A DNA stretch of 64,000 bases from Paracoccaceae bacterium (GTDB lineage: Bacteria; Pseudomonadota; Alphaproteobacteria; Rhodobacterales; Rhodobacteraceae), in contig JASGFG010000005.1 of the NCBI GenBank assembly GCA_047605605.1, positions 3,633-67,632 on the forward strand, written 5' to 3'. Each line of letters begins with the position of its first letter. The stretch's first letter is position 1. The position numbers were made by a program, and so were the translations under genes. Under the pieces are notes generated by a model. That model did no database searches. It had not been told where the DNA came from and was given only the letters and a program-made list of their open reading frames with translations. Positions 1 to 9,763 of this stretch are shown piece after piece.

Positions 1-19
1 GCTTTCCGTTCCGGGCGGG

Positions 20-1261
20 ATGGGCTATCGGATGCGCATGACCGACGCATCCGACCAAGATCCGATCCCCGCCCGCTCCGTTCCGACGGTCCGCCTGCGC
101 CCCAAGGCCGAGGCGCGCGCCATCCGTCACGGCTTTCCCTGGGTCTATGCCGACGAACTGGTGACCGACCGGCGCACGCAGGCGATGACCCCTGGCACGC
201 TGGCGGTGCTGGAGGATGCCGAGCGGCGGCCTCTGGGGCTGGTTACGGTCAACCCCCGGTCGAAGATCATCGCCCGGATGCTGGACCGCGACCCCGAGGC
301 GGCGATCTGCCGCGACTGGTTCGCGGGGCGGCTGGCCCGCGCGCTGGCGCTGCGCGAGCGGCTGTTCGACGCGCCCTTCTATCGCCTGATCCATGCCGAG
401 GCCGATGGCCTGCCCGGCGTGATCGTCGACCGCTTTGGCGATGCGGCGGTGATCCAGCCGAATGCCGCCTGGGCCGAGGCGCATCTGGAGGCGCTGGTTC
501 AGGCGCTGTGCGAGGTCACGGGCGTCTCGACCGTGATCAAGAACGGATCGGGGCGGGCGCGCGGGCTGGAGGGGCTGGACGAGGAAGGCGGCATCCTGCG
601 CGGAGGGGTCGATGGCCCGGTGCCGGTGCCGATGAATGGCGCGACCTATCTGGCGGACCTGACCGGCGGACAGAAGACCGGCCTCTTCTATGACCAGCGG
701 CCGAACCACGCCTTTGCCGCGCGGCTGGCGCGGGGCGCACGGGTGCTGGACGTGTTTTCCCATGTGGGCGGGTTCGCCCTGGCGGCGCTCGCGGGCGGGG
801 CGGAAAGCGCGCTGGCGGTCGATGCCTCGGCCGCGGCGCTGTCGCTGGCGGCGAAGGGGGCCGGGGCTTCGGGATTTGGCGCGGGATTCGCGACGCGGCA
901 GGGCGATGCCTTCGAGGTGCTGGAGCAGCTGGGGCAGGAAGGCGCGCGGTTCGATCTGGTGATCTGCGACCCGCCGGCCTTTGCGCCCTCGAAACCGGCG
1001 CTGGAGGCGGGCCTGCGCGCCTATGAACGGATTGCCCGGCTGGCTGCGCCGCTGGTGGCGCCGGGGGGCTATCTGGTGCTGTGTTCCTGTTCCCATGCGG
1101 CGGATCTGGGGGCGTTCCGCAATGCCTCGGCCCGCGGCATCGGGCGCGGCGGGCGGCGCGGGCAGATCCTGCACACCGGATTCGCCGGACCGGACCATCC
1201 GGTGCTGCCGCAACTGGCGGAATCCTCGTATCTGAAGGCGATCTTCTTTCGGCTGGACTAG
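20..1261 (+). CDS. class I SAM-dependent rRNA methyltransferase (RlmI-like, PUA domain plus m5C methyltransferase)
   Basis: 413-aa ORF with SAM-binding VLDVFSHVGGF and with ICDPPAF and LCSCSH motifs typical of the RlmI/RlmK family. The start codon (20, 32 or 38) is not resolved. Confidence 0.8.
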   Translation: MGYRMRMTDASDQDPIPARSVPTVRLRPKAEARAIRHGFPWVYADELVTDRRTQAMTPGTLAVLEDAERRPLGLVTVNPRSKIIARMLDRDPEAAICRDWFAGRLARALALRERLFDAPFYRLIHAEADGLPGVIVDRFGDAAVIQPNAAWAEAHLEALVQALCEVTGVSTVIKNGSGRARGLEGLDEEGGILRGGVDGPVPVPMNGATYLADLTGGQKTGLFYDQRPNHAFAARLARGARVLDVFSHVGGFALAALAGGAESALAVDASAAALSLAAKGAGASGFGAGFATRQGDAFEVLEQLGQEGARFDLVICDPPAFAPSKPALEAGLRAYERIARLAAPLVAPGGYLVLCSCSHAADLGAFRNASARGIGRGGRRGQILHTGFAGPDHPVLPQLAESSYLKAIFFRLD

Positions 1262-1295
1262 GGGCTGGTTTGTCGACCGTTGCTTTCTGCCCGGC

Positions 1296-1357
1296 CCCCG
1301 GAGGGGTTTTGCACCCCTCCGGACCACCCCGCAGGGTATTTGGGCCAAGATGAAGGG
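1296..1357 (+). repeat. intergenic hairpin-ATATTT-purine repeat, copy A (62 nt identical to 17506..17567)
   Basis: Perfect 9-bp hairpin CCGGAGGGG-TTTTGCA-CCCCTCCGG followed by GGGTATTTGGGCCAAGATGAAGGG. Exact 62-nt match to copy B. Confidence 0.9.
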
Positions 1358-1369
1358 AGGGGGCAGGCG

Positions 1370-1915
1370 ATGTCGAAGGCCGTTCTGGACGCCTGCGTGA
1401 TCTATCCGCCGGTGCTGAGGGCGATCCTTTTGTCGGCGGCGCGGGCGGGGCTTTATGTGCCGGTCTGGTCGGACCGCATTCTTGAGGAATGGGCGCGGGC
1501 GAGCGCCAGGCTGGGCAACGGGTCGGATGCGCAGGCCCGGCTGGAGGCGCAGGCGATGCGCGCGGCCTTTCCCGCGGCGACGATCCGCCCGCAGCCGGGG
1601 CTTGAGGCGCGCCTGCATCTGCCGGACGAGAACGACATCCATGTTCTTGCCGTTGCGGTTGCCAGCGGCGCGGATGCGATCGTGACCTTCAACGCGCAGG
1701 ATTTCCCCCGGCATGTCCTTGCCGCCGAAGGGGTGGAGCGCCGCGACCCGGACGGCTTCCTGTGGGAGATGTGGTCCGCCGAGCCGGAGGCCATGGGCGC
1801 GATCCTGTCGCGGGTCCGCGAGGATGCGACGCGGATGGCGGGCGTGCCGGTCAGCCTGAAATCCCTGTTGAAGCGGGCCAGGCTGAACCGGCTGGCGAAG
1901 GCCGTGGCTGGTTAG
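1370..1915 (+). CDS. PIN domain-containing protein (VapC-like nuclease fold), no adjacent antitoxin
   Basis: The translation MSKAVLDACVIYPP...DENDIHVLAVAVASGADAIVTFNAQDF has the acidic PIN signature. ATG at 1370 is preceded by GGGAGGGGG 6 nt upstream. The longer ORF from 1280 runs through the repeat and is rejected. Confidence 0.7.
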   Translation: MSKAVLDACVIYPPVLRAILLSAARAGLYVPVWSDRILEEWARASARLGNGSDAQARLEAQAMRAAFPAATIRPQPGLEARLHLPDENDIHVLAVAVASGADAIVTFNAQDFPRHVLAAEGVERRDPDGFLWEMWSAEPEAMGAILSRVREDATRMAGVPVSLKSLLKRARLNRLAKAVAG

Positions 1916-1973
1916 GGCGCCACGCAGGCGCCGGCTGCCCTCTGCGCCCCCTTGCCCAGTGTCCGGCCCGCGA

Positions 1974-2720
1974 TCACAGATCCTTGGCGCTGGCGTCGGC
2001 CTGTCCGGCAACCCAATAGCCCGCGGCCTTGGTCCAGGCGGGGGGATGGCCGCGCCCCAGAACGCTGTCGCGCAGGGCGCGGGCGACAGTGGCCTCGGCC
2101 GCGATCCAGACGAAGGTGCGGGGCGGAATTTCGATTGCCGCAAGCGCCCGTTGCAAGTCGCGGCCATCGGTGGGATCGGCGCGATGCACCCAAAGAGCGC
2201 GGTGCCGTGCGGCGGTGGCGATCTGTTGTTCGTCGGCCGGGCCGGGCACGGCGACCAGCGTGGTCACGGGGATGCCGGGGGCCAGTTCCTCGACCCGCCG
2301 TCCGATGGAGGGCAGGGCGGTCTCGTCTCCGATCAGAAGCCAGTTTTCGACGCCCTCGATCACGTTCGATCCCTTGGGGCCGGCGATCTGCGCCGGATCG
2401 CCCACCCTGGCATTCACCGCCCAGATCGTCGCGGGGCCGGCGTCGTGCAGGGCGAAGTCGATGATCAGGCTGTTCGTCCGGGGGTCGAAACGGCGGGGCG
2501 TATAGTCGCGCATCGCCTGTCCGCCCGCGCCATCGGGCACCACCATCTTGATGTGGTCGCCGGGCGAGGCAGAGGGGAACCCCTCCAGCTCCGGCCCGGA
2601 CAGGGTAAGGCGCAGCATGGACGGGGTGACATGCTCTGCCGCCGTTACGGTCAGGTTTCGGCGGCGGATTTCGTGGCGAAGGCGGTTCTGGCGGGGGGTG
2701 TCGGCGGGCATATCGGTCAT
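1974..2720 (-). CDS. siderophore-interacting protein (FAD-binding SIP/ViuB family)
   Basis: RDYTPRRFD (RxYTxR) FAD motif and a C-terminal SIP-like NAD-binding part. Start taken at the internal MTDMPAD; start uncertain. Confidence 0.75.
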   Translation of the reverse strand: MTDMPADTPRQNRLRHEIRRRNLTVTAAEHVTPSMLRLTLSGPELEGFPSASPGDHIKMVVPDGAGGQAMRDYTPRRFDPRTNSLIIDFALHDAGPATIWAVNARVGDPAQIAGPKGSNVIEGVENWLLIGDETALPSIGRRVEELAPGIPVTTLVAVPGPADEQQIATAARHRALWVHRADPTDGRDLQRALAAIEIPPRTFVWIAAEATVARALRDSVLGRGHPPAWTKAAGYWVAGQADASAKDL

Positions 2721-3076
2721 CACATTGTCCTTTGTCTGTTCCGTCCGGGTCTGGCGGCGGCTGGACACTGCGCAGCGCGCCGCGACCGGAGAGGGGTCCG
2801 GTTCTGGCGCGTTGATTGACGTGAACGCTTACGCGCCCCCGCGGATCGGGGGCGGATGTCCCGGCAACATAGGCGCAACCGGCAGAGGTGCAACCCCCCC
2901 CCTTTGGGGCGAATGCGGTCTGCCCGCCGGTCAAGGGGGTGTGCGGGGCGCGGGCGTCTTTCGCGGCGCCCTGGCGCCGGCTTGACAGGGGCGGCCCGGT
3001 CTGATTGCCTGCCGCCGCCCGGATCGCTGGCGTCTCCGGCCCCGAACGACGCCTGCCTTCCCCGACGAGGACTGTC

Positions 3077-4042
3077 ATGGCCCTGGAAGACGCCAAGCAT
3101 GAAATCGACGCCGCCTTTACCCGCAAGAGCCTGAAGGGGCTTGCCTTCGAGAACGCCTTCGCGGGCGCGACCTCTTTCCTGAGGCGGACCTACACTAAGG
3201 ATCTGGCGGGGGTGGATCTTGTCGTCACCGGCGTGCCGTTCGACCAGGCGGTGACGCATCGCGCCGGCACCCGGTTCGGGCCGCGCGCGATCCGCGAGGC
3301 CTCGACCCTGCAACCCTATGACCCGCCCTATGGCTGGCCCACCAACCCGCTGGAGGATCTGAGCATCGTCGACTACGGCGATCTGGCCTTCGACTATGCG
3401 AAAACCGCCGATTTCCCTCAAACCCTGACGGCCCATATCCGCAAGATCCTGGCGGCGGGGGCGGGCACGGTGACGCTGGGGGGCGATCATTACATCACCT
3501 TTCCGATCCTGAAAGCCTATGCCGAGAAGTTCGGCCCCCTGGGCGTCATCCACTTCGACGCGCATTCCGACCTTTGGCCGGATGACGACCTGGGCCGGAT
3601 CGACCACGGCACGATGATGTACAAGGCGGTGAAGCAGGGCTATGTCGACCCGGCGCGGTCGGTCCAGATCGGGATCCGCACCACGACCGAGGATTACCTG
3701 GGCCTCCACGTCATCGACGCGCGCGAGGTGCATGAAAAGGGCGTGGCCCATGCGGTCGAGGTGGCCAAGGCGATCGTCGGCGACAGGCCGGTTTACCTGA
3801 CCTTCGACATCGACGCGATGGACCCGGCCTTTGCGCCCGGCACCGGCACCCCGGTCTGGGGCGGTCTGCAGTCCTGGCAGGCGGCGGCGATGCTGCGCGA
3901 TCTGGCGGGGATCAACCTTGTCGGGGGGGATGTGGTCGAGGTTTCGCCCCCCTATGACACGACCGGGGCAACGGCCATTGCCGGGGCGCATGTCGCCTAT
4001 GAGCTGATCTGCCTTTACCACTGGGCCAGACGGCAGCGGTGA
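3077..4042 (+). CDS. speB: agmatinase / ureohydrolase family protein
   Basis: Arginase-fold metal motifs GGDHYIT, HFDAHSD and TFDIDAMDP. Start at MALEDAK. Confidence 0.8.
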   Translation: MALEDAKHEIDAAFTRKSLKGLAFENAFAGATSFLRRTYTKDLAGVDLVVTGVPFDQAVTHRAGTRFGPRAIREASTLQPYDPPYGWPTNPLEDLSIVDYGDLAFDYAKTADFPQTLTAHIRKILAAGAGTVTLGGDHYITFPILKAYAEKFGPLGVIHFDAHSDLWPDDDLGRIDHGTMMYKAVKQGYVDPARSVQIGIRTTTEDYLGLHVIDAREVHEKGVAHAVEVAKAIVGDRPVYLTFDIDAMDPAFAPGTGTPVWGGLQSWQAAAMLRDLAGINLVGGDVVEVSPPYDTTGATAIAGAHVAYELICLYHWARRQR

Positions 4043-4052
4043 AGCCAAAGGT

Positions 4053-4074
4053 GAGGCTGCGCAGGCGCAGCCTC
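4053..4074 (+). terminator. GC hairpin downstream of the agmatinase gene
   Basis: Perfect 10-bp stem GAGGCTGCGC-AG-GCGCAGCCTC starting 11 nt after the stop codon. The tail GTTCCGCCTTTCTC is T-poor. Confidence 0.45.
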
Positions 4075-4093
4075 GTTCCGCCTTTCTCGCCTC

Positions 4094-4168
4094 TGGCGCC
4101 CTGCGGCGCCAACCGGCTCGGATCATGCCTCCGGCGGGAGTATTGGCCCAGCACGGGACAAGAGGGGG
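4094..4168 (+). repeat. degenerate copy (I) of the intergenic hairpin-ATATTT-purine repeat
   Basis: Hairpin TGGCGCC-CTGC-GGCGCCA followed by ...GCGGGAGTATTGGCCCAGCACGGGACAAGAGGGGG. Same architecture as copies A and B but diverged. Confidence 0.5.
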
Positions 4169-4214
4169 CAGCGGCCCCTTGACCCGGCAGGGGCCTTGGG
4201 GGAAACCGCCATCC

Positions 4215-5270
4215 ATGGTTCCTCTCGACACCCTCGACCAGATCACCCGCCGTTTCGAGTTCCTCGAGGCGAAGCTTGCCGATGGCGCCAGCCCGGCCGA
4301 GATCGCGGCACTGTCGCGCGAATATTCTGAGCTGAAGCCGGTGGTGGAGGAGATCGCCGCCTATCGCCGTGCCCTGTCCGACCTGGCCGAGGCCGAGGCG
4401 ATGCTGGCCGACCCCGAGATGCGGGCCCTGGCCGAGGACGAGATCCCGGCCCTGCGCGCCCGCATCCCCGAGATGGAGCAGGCGCTGCGCCTTGCGCTGT
4501 TGCCCAAGGATGCCGCCGACGCGCGCCCCGCGATCTTGGAGATCCGCCCCGGCACCGGGGGCGAGGAGGCCGCGCTGTTCGCCGCCGATCTTCTGTCGAT
4601 GTATCGGCGCTATGCCGAGGGCAAGGGCTGGCGGTTCGAGATCCTGGAACAGCAGTTCTCGGATCTTGGCGGCATCCGCGAGTTGACCGCGCATGTGCAG
4701 GGCGAGGGGGTCTTTGCCCGGCTGAAATACGAATCCGGCGTGCATCGCGTGCAGCGCGTGCCCGAGACCGAGGCGGGCGGGCGCATCCATACCTCGGCCG
4801 CGACCGTGGCCGTCCTGCCGGAGGCCGAAGAGGTCGACATCGACATCCCCGCCGCCGACATCCGCATCGACACGATGCGATCCTCGGGCGCGGGGGGGCA
4901 GCATGTGAACACCACCGACTCGGCGGTCCGCATCACCCACATCCCGACGGGCATCGTCGTGACCAGTTCGGAAAAGTCCCAGCACCAGAACCGGGCCATT
5001 GCCATGCAGGTCCTGCGCGCCCGTCTTTACGAGATGGAGCGCGACCGCGCCGCCAGTGCGCGCGCCGCCGACCGCAAGTCTCAGGTCGGCTCGGGCGACC
5101 GCAGCGAGCGCATCCGCACCTACAACTTCCCGCAGGGGCGGATGACCGACCACCGGATCAACCTGACGCTCTATGCGCTGCCGCAGATCATGGCGGGCGA
5201 TCTCGACCCGGTGATCGAGCCGCTGATCGCCCATGATCAGGCCGAAAAGCTGGCCGAGATGGAGGCATGA
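4215..5270 (+). CDS. prfA: peptide chain release factor 1
   Basis: GGQ motif ([24 protein letters not shown]) and PxT-type RF1 architecture. Start at [10 protein letters not shown]. Confidence 0.95.
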   Translation: MVPLDTLDQITRRFEFLEAKLADGASPAEIAALSREYSELKPVVEEIAAYRRALSDLAEAEAMLADPEMRALAEDEIPALRARIPEMEQALRLALLPKDAADARPAILEIRPGTGGEEAALFAADLLSMYRRYAEGKGWRFEILEQQFSDLGGIRELTAHVQGEGVFARLKYESGVHRVQRVPETEAGGRIHTSAATVAVLPEAEEVDIDIPAADIRIDTMRSSGAGGQHVNTTDSAVRITHIPTGIVVTSSEKSQHQNRAIAMQVLRARLYEMERDRAASARAADRKSQVGSGDRSERIRTYNFPQGRMTDHRINLTLYALPQIMAGDLDPVIEPLIAHDQAEKLAEMEA

Positions 5271-6121
5271 GCCCGCCGCGCCCCACCACTGTGACCGAGG
5301 CCCTGCGCGCCGCCATCCCGCGCCTGCGGGCGGCGGGGGTCGACGATCCCGCGCGCGATGCCCGCGCGCTGATGGCCCATGCGGCGGGGCTGACGCCCGA
5401 CCGGCTGACGCTGCACCTCTCCGATCCGCTGACCGATCCGCAGGCGGCCGCCTTTGCCGCCCATGTCGCCGCGCGCGAACGGCGCCAGCCGGTGGCGCAG
5501 ATCATCGGCCAGCGGCTGTTCTGGGGGCGCAGCTTCTGCGTCACGCCCGACGTGCTGGACCCCCGCCCCGAGACCGAGATCCTGATCGACCACGCGCTGT
5601 CGCGGCCGTTTTCCCGCGTGCTGGACCTTGGCACCGGATCGGGGGCGATCCTGATCACGCTTCTGGCCGAAAGCCCCGACGCTACCGGCCTTGGCGCCGA
5701 TCTGTCGGCCGAGGCCCTGGCCGTCGCGCGCGGCAATGCCCGGTTGCTGGGGGTGATGGGGCGGGCGGAATTCCTGCGGTCGGACTGGTTCGACGCCATT
5801 CCCGGCCGGTTCGACCTGATCGTGTCGAACCCCCCCTATATCGCGGAGGAGGAGATGGCGTCGCTGTCCCCCGAGGTGCGCGACTGGGAACCGCATCTGG
5901 CCCTGACCCCGGGCGGCGACGGCCTGGACGCCTATCGCGCCATCGCGGCGGGGGCGGGGGCCCATCTGGCCCCCGGCGGGCGGCTGATGGTCGAGGTAGG
6001 CCCGACGCAGGGCGATGCGGTCGCCGCGCTGCTTTCGGCGGCGGGTCTTGAAAATCCGCGCATCCTGCCCGATCTTGACGGAAGGCCCCGCGTGGTTGCG
6101 GCAGACTGCCGCAGGGGGTGA
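5267..6121 (+). CDS. prmC: release factor glutamine methyltransferase (HemK/PrmC)
   Basis: NPPY motif (IVSNPPYI), SAM-binding VLDLGTGSG, and ATGA overlap with the prfA stop. Confidence 0.9.
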   Translation: MSPPRPTTVTEALRAAIPRLRAAGVDDPARDARALMAHAAGLTPDRLTLHLSDPLTDPQAAAFAAHVAARERRQPVAQIIGQRLFWGRSFCVTPDVLDPRPETEILIDHALSRPFSRVLDLGTGSGAILITLLAESPDATGLGADLSAEALAVARGNARLLGVMGRAEFLRSDWFDAIPGRFDLIVSNPPYIAEEEMASLSPEVRDWEPHLALTPGGDGLDAYRAIAAGAGAHLAPGGRLMVEVGPTQGDAVAALLSAAGLENPRILPDLDGRPRVVAADCRRG

Positions 6122-6361
6122 GGGAATTCGCCCGCATCGGCCGTTTTCCCCCGGAAAATGGCCTTTTGCCGCCCGATGCCGCCAGAATCGGCTTGTATTG
6201 GGGCGGCGCGCATGGTTACACACAAGTCAGGCGACGCGGGAAGCGGCGGCTTCAAACGCCACTCCCCTCGCTCCAGACCCGACCCTGCTCCGCCCCGCCG
6301 ATTTTCAGACGCCTGATGCGTCGCGGGTTCAGGACAGGCGGCTACCGGATCAAAGGACAAG

Positions 6362-7189
6362 ATGAGATCTTCCAAGTCCCGCTCGCGTTCGAAGCAGAAC
6401 CGCCCGCGCACCCTCGGCAACATCGTCAACCGGGTCTTCGATTCCTCGGGACCCGAGGGCAAGGTGCGCGGAACGCCCCAGCAGATCATCGAGAAATACC
6501 AGATTCTCGCCCGTGACGCGCAGCTGTCTAACGACCGTGTCGCCGCCGAGAACTTCCTGCAACATGCCGAGCATTACACCCGGATGCTGGGCGAGGCGCA
6601 GCGCGAGATGCAGGCCGAACAGGAGGCCCGCCAGCAGAACTGGCAGCAGAACGGCGGCAATGGCCAGAATGGCGGCCAGCAGAATGGCGGCAACGGCGGC
6701 CAGCAGAACGGCAATGGCAACGGCCATCCTCAGCAGCGCGACCGCGACAACAGCCGCGAGCGTGATCGCGACGGGCGCGAGAACCGCGAACAGCGGGCCG
6801 ATTTCCGCGCTGACCGCAATGAACAGCCCCGGACCGAGTTCCGGGCGCCCGATCCTCGCCACGAGGAACCGCCGGTGCCCGCCGGGGTCGAGGTGATTGA
6901 CCTTACGGGTGACGAGGATGCGGGCCTGGTCGAAACGCCCGAGGCACGCGAGCCCGTCCCCGTCGCGGCGCCCGAGGCGGGGACGGCCGACCGTCCGGCC
7001 CGCGCCCCCCGCACCCAGCAACCCCGCCGCCAGCCCAAGCCCGCCCCGGAGGCGGCTGCCCAAGCCCCCGCTTCCGCCGAAGCGGCCGATGAGCCGGGCA
7101 AAGGCCCTCGCCGCCCGCGCGGTCCGCGCAAACCCAAGGCCGAAGCGGCTCCGCAGGAAGGCGGCGATCCGCGCGAGGCGGCGGAATAA
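6362..7189 (+). CDS. DUF4167 domain-containing protein
   Basis: The conserved N-terminus RPRTLGNIVNRVFDSSGPEGKVRGTPQQIIEKYQILARDA...AENFLQHAEHY matches what I recall of DUF4167. The rest is low-complexity (Q/N/G, R/E/D, P/A). Confidence 0.75.
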   Translation: MRSSKSRSRSKQNRPRTLGNIVNRVFDSSGPEGKVRGTPQQIIEKYQILARDAQLSNDRVAAENFLQHAEHYTRMLGEAQREMQAEQEARQQNWQQNGGNGQNGGQQNGGNGGQQNGNGNGHPQQRDRDNSRERDRDGRENREQRADFRADRNEQPRTEFRAPDPRHEEPPVPAGVEVIDLTGDEDAGLVETPEAREPVPVAAPEAGTADRPARAPRTQQPRRQPKPAPEAAAQAPASAEAADEPGKGPRRPRGPRKPKAEAAPQEGGDPREAAE

Positions 7190-7217
7190 CGCCGCAAGGC
7201 TGCTCCCGTTTTCAAGA

Positions 7218-7250
7218 GGGCGGTCCTTCCGGGCCGCCCCTTGTCTTTTC
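7218..7250 (+). terminator. rho-independent terminator after the DUF4167 gene
   Basis: GGGCGG-TCCTTCCGGG-CCGCCC hairpin followed by CTTGTCTTTTC, about 30 nt after the stop. Confidence 0.6.
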
Positions 7251-7879
7251 GGGGTCTTTTCGGACCTGCGCGGCCAGTTCAGGCAATCGCTGGCGTGCGG
7301 CGAGGCCCATGGGCCGCCGGGCGCGCGTAAAGATGCACTTCGGTGGCAAGAACCGGCGCGTGATCCCTCGCCCCGTCGGGGCAGCTGGGTCGGGCCGGTG
7401 CTGTGGACGCCCTGCAACGCGGTTTCGCATCCCGAGCGCGCAGGGGGTGAAGGCAGCAGCACGTTCCGCCGCCTGACAGCCGAGGTTCGCTTCGCGCAAG
7501 CACAGCGTGAAGGCGTGCCGGCAAGCCTTTCAGCGGCGCCACATCCCGCAGGCGCAGGGGGGCATCGCCGGAATGGCGTGACACATGCCCGCGTCCAGTT
7601 TCTCATTCACGTCGCGCGGGGTTTCGGGCTGGTTGCGGGGCACGCGCGCGGGGGGCGCCCTGCAACGCGCATTACCAATTTGATACAGGCTGCGGGACAC
7701 GGGCGCGCGGGTCCGTTCCCCTTTCGCACCGCCCCGAAAGCGGGAGCCAGAGGCCAGCCTTTCCCCAGCACCTTGCCGGCCGGGGCCGGAACCGCGCGCG
7801 CCTTGGGCCAGGTGCCGCCCCTGATCCCCGGTGTCGTGATCCGCGTGGATGCCCGCAAGGCCGTGGTCTTCCGGCCGTT

Positions 7880-8722
7880 TCAGCCCGCCGCCAGTTCCCG
7901 CGCCAGGGCGCAGAACCCTTCCAGCGGGATCTCCTCGGCCCGCGCGGTCGGCTCGATCCCCACGGCGCGCAGCCGGTCCTCGATGTCCGGCACGATCCCG
8001 CGCAGCGAAGCGCGCAGCATCTTGCGCCGCTGGTTGAAGGCCGCTGCCGTCAGCCGCGACAACACAGCCCCGTCGCAGGGAAAGCGCGGCGCGGGCAGGG
8101 CGGTCAGATGGACCACCGCCGAATGCACCTTGGGCGCGGGGGTGAAGGCTTCGGGCGGCAGGGTCATCACCACCCGCGCCTCGCACCGCCATTGCGCCAG
8201 CAGCGCCAGCCGCCCATAGGCCTTGGACCCGGGCCGCGCCACGATCCGCTCGGCCACCTCTTTCTGGAACATCAGCGTCAGGCTTTCCCAGAACGGCGGC
8301 CAGACCTTCGGCGTCAGCCAGCCGACCAGCAGTTCCGTCCCCACGTTATAGGGCAGGTTCGCCACGATGCGGATCGGCGCGGTCAGATGCGCGGCGGCAT
8401 CGACCGTCAGCGCATCGGCATTGATCACCTCCAGCCGGCCGGGATAGGCGGCGGCGATCTCGGCCAGCGCGGGCAGACAGCGGGCGTCCTTTTCGATCGC
8501 CAGCACCCGCCGCGCCCCTTCGGCCAACAGCCCGCGCGTCAGCCCGCCCGGACCCGGACCCACCTCCAGCACATCCGACCCGGTCAGATCCCCCGCCGCC
8601 CGCGCGATCTTGGCGGTCAGGTTCAGGTCCAGCAGAAAGTTCTGCCCCAGCTGTTTTTTCGCCACCAGATCATGCGCGCGGATCACCTCGCGCAGGGGGG
8701 GCAACCCGTCAATCGCGGCCAT
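7880..8722 (-). CDS. rsmA: 16S rRNA (adenine1518/1519-N6)-dimethyltransferase
   Basis: The KsgA motifs [16 protein letters not shown] and NLPYNV are present. Start at [10 protein letters not shown] is preceded by GAGGGGG. The longer ORF from 8788 runs into a repeat. Confidence 0.9.
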   Translation of the reverse strand: MAAIDGLPPLREVIRAHDLVAKKQLGQNFLLDLNLTAKIARAAGDLTGSDVLEVGPGPGGLTRGLLAEGARRVLAIEKDARCLPALAEIAAAYPGRLEVINADALTVDAAAHLTAPIRIVANLPYNVGTELLVGWLTPKVWPPFWESLTLMFQKEVAERIVARPGSKAYGRLALLAQWRCEARVVMTLPPEAFTPAPKVHSAVVHLTALPAPRFPCDGAVLSRLTAAAFNQRRKMLRASLRGIVPDIEDRLRAVGIEPTARAEEIPLEGFCALARELAAG

Positions 8723-8725
8723 CCC

Positions 8726-8783
8726 GCCCCCTCTTTCCCTTTGAAAAATACTCCACGGGGGTGTGGGGGTGTGAAACCCCCAC
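8726..8783 (-). repeat. intergenic hairpin-ATATTT-purine repeat, copy E
   Basis: The minus strand reads GTGGGGG-TTTCACA-CCCCCAC...CCCCGTGGAGTATTTTTCAAAGGGAAAGAGGGGGC. It ends 3 nt before the rsmA ATG. Confidence 0.8.
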
Positions 8784-8800
8784 TGCAACGCCGGCCCCGC

Positions 8801-9763
8801 TCACCGCCCCGCCCCCATCCGGGCCGCCATCCGCAGCGCGGCCAGGGTCGAGGACGGGTCCGCCACCCCGCGCCCCGCGATATCGAAGGCCGTGCCATGG
8901 TCGGGCGAGGTGCGCACGAAGGGCAGCCCCAGCGTCACGTTCACGCCCCCGGCAAAGTCGATGGTCTTGATCGGGATCAGCGCCTGATCGTGATACATGC
9001 AGACCGCCGCGTCGTAACCCGCCCTCGCGGCGGCGTGGAACATCGTGTCGGCGGGCAGGGGGCCGCGCAGGTCCATGCCTTCGGCCGTCAGCCGCGCCAG
9101 CAGCGGGGCGATCATCGCCAGTTCCTCGCCCCCCATCGCGCCGCCTTCGCCCGCATGGGGGTTCAGCCCCGCCACCGCGATACGCGGGGCCGCGATGCCG
9201 AAATCGCGGATCAGCCCGGCATGGGTGATGCGGATCGTCTGTTCCAGCACATCGGCGGTCAGGGCGGCGGGCACATCGGCCAGCGGGATGTGGATGGTCG
9301 CGGGCACCACGCGCAACTCGTCGCAGGCCAGCATCATCACCACCCGGTCCACCCCCGCCAGGGCCGCCAGATATTCCGTATGGCCGGGATAGGGGAAACC
9401 GGCCCCGTCCTTCAGCGCCTTCTTGTGGATCGGCAGGGTGCAGACCGCAGCCGCTTCGCCCGCCTGCACCAGATGCACGGCGCGGGCGATCACCTCGATC
9501 ACGCCCGCGGCATTGGCGGGGTCGGGACGGCCGGGCACCGCGGCCGCGGCAAAGTCGTGGCGCAGCACCGGCAGCGCCTCGGGGGGCACCTGCGCCGCTT
9601 CGGCGGGCGAGGCGACCTCGGCCACCCGCGTTCCGGCGGGCAGGTGGCGCGGATCGCCGATCCAGACAAAGGGCAGCGCCGCCCCCAGCCGTTCCCGCGC
9701 CGCGACGGCCAGTTCGGGGCCGATCCCGGCAGGTTCGCCGCAGGTCAGAAGGACGGGCTTCAC
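8801..9763 (-). CDS. pdxA: 4-hydroxythreonine-4-phosphate dehydrogenase
   Basis: PdxA family sequence (GEPAGIGPE, GHTEYLA, SPDHGTAFDIAG). GTG start overlaps the surA stop. Confidence 0.9.
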   Translation of the reverse strand: MKPVLLTCGEPAGIGPELAVAARERLGAALPFVWIGDPRHLPAGTRVAEVASPAEAAQVPPEALPVLRHDFAAAAVPGRPDPANAAGVIEVIARAVHLVQAGEAAAVCTLPIHKKALKDGAGFPYPGHTEYLAALAGVDRVVMMLACDELRVVPATIHIPLADVPAALTADVLEQTIRITHAGLIRDFGIAAPRIAVAGLNPHAGEGGAMGGEELAMIAPLLARLTAEGMDLRGPLPADTMFHAAARAGYDAAVCMYHDQALIPIKTIDFAGGVNVTLGLPFVRTSPDHGTAFDIAGRGVADPSSTLAALRMAARMGAGR

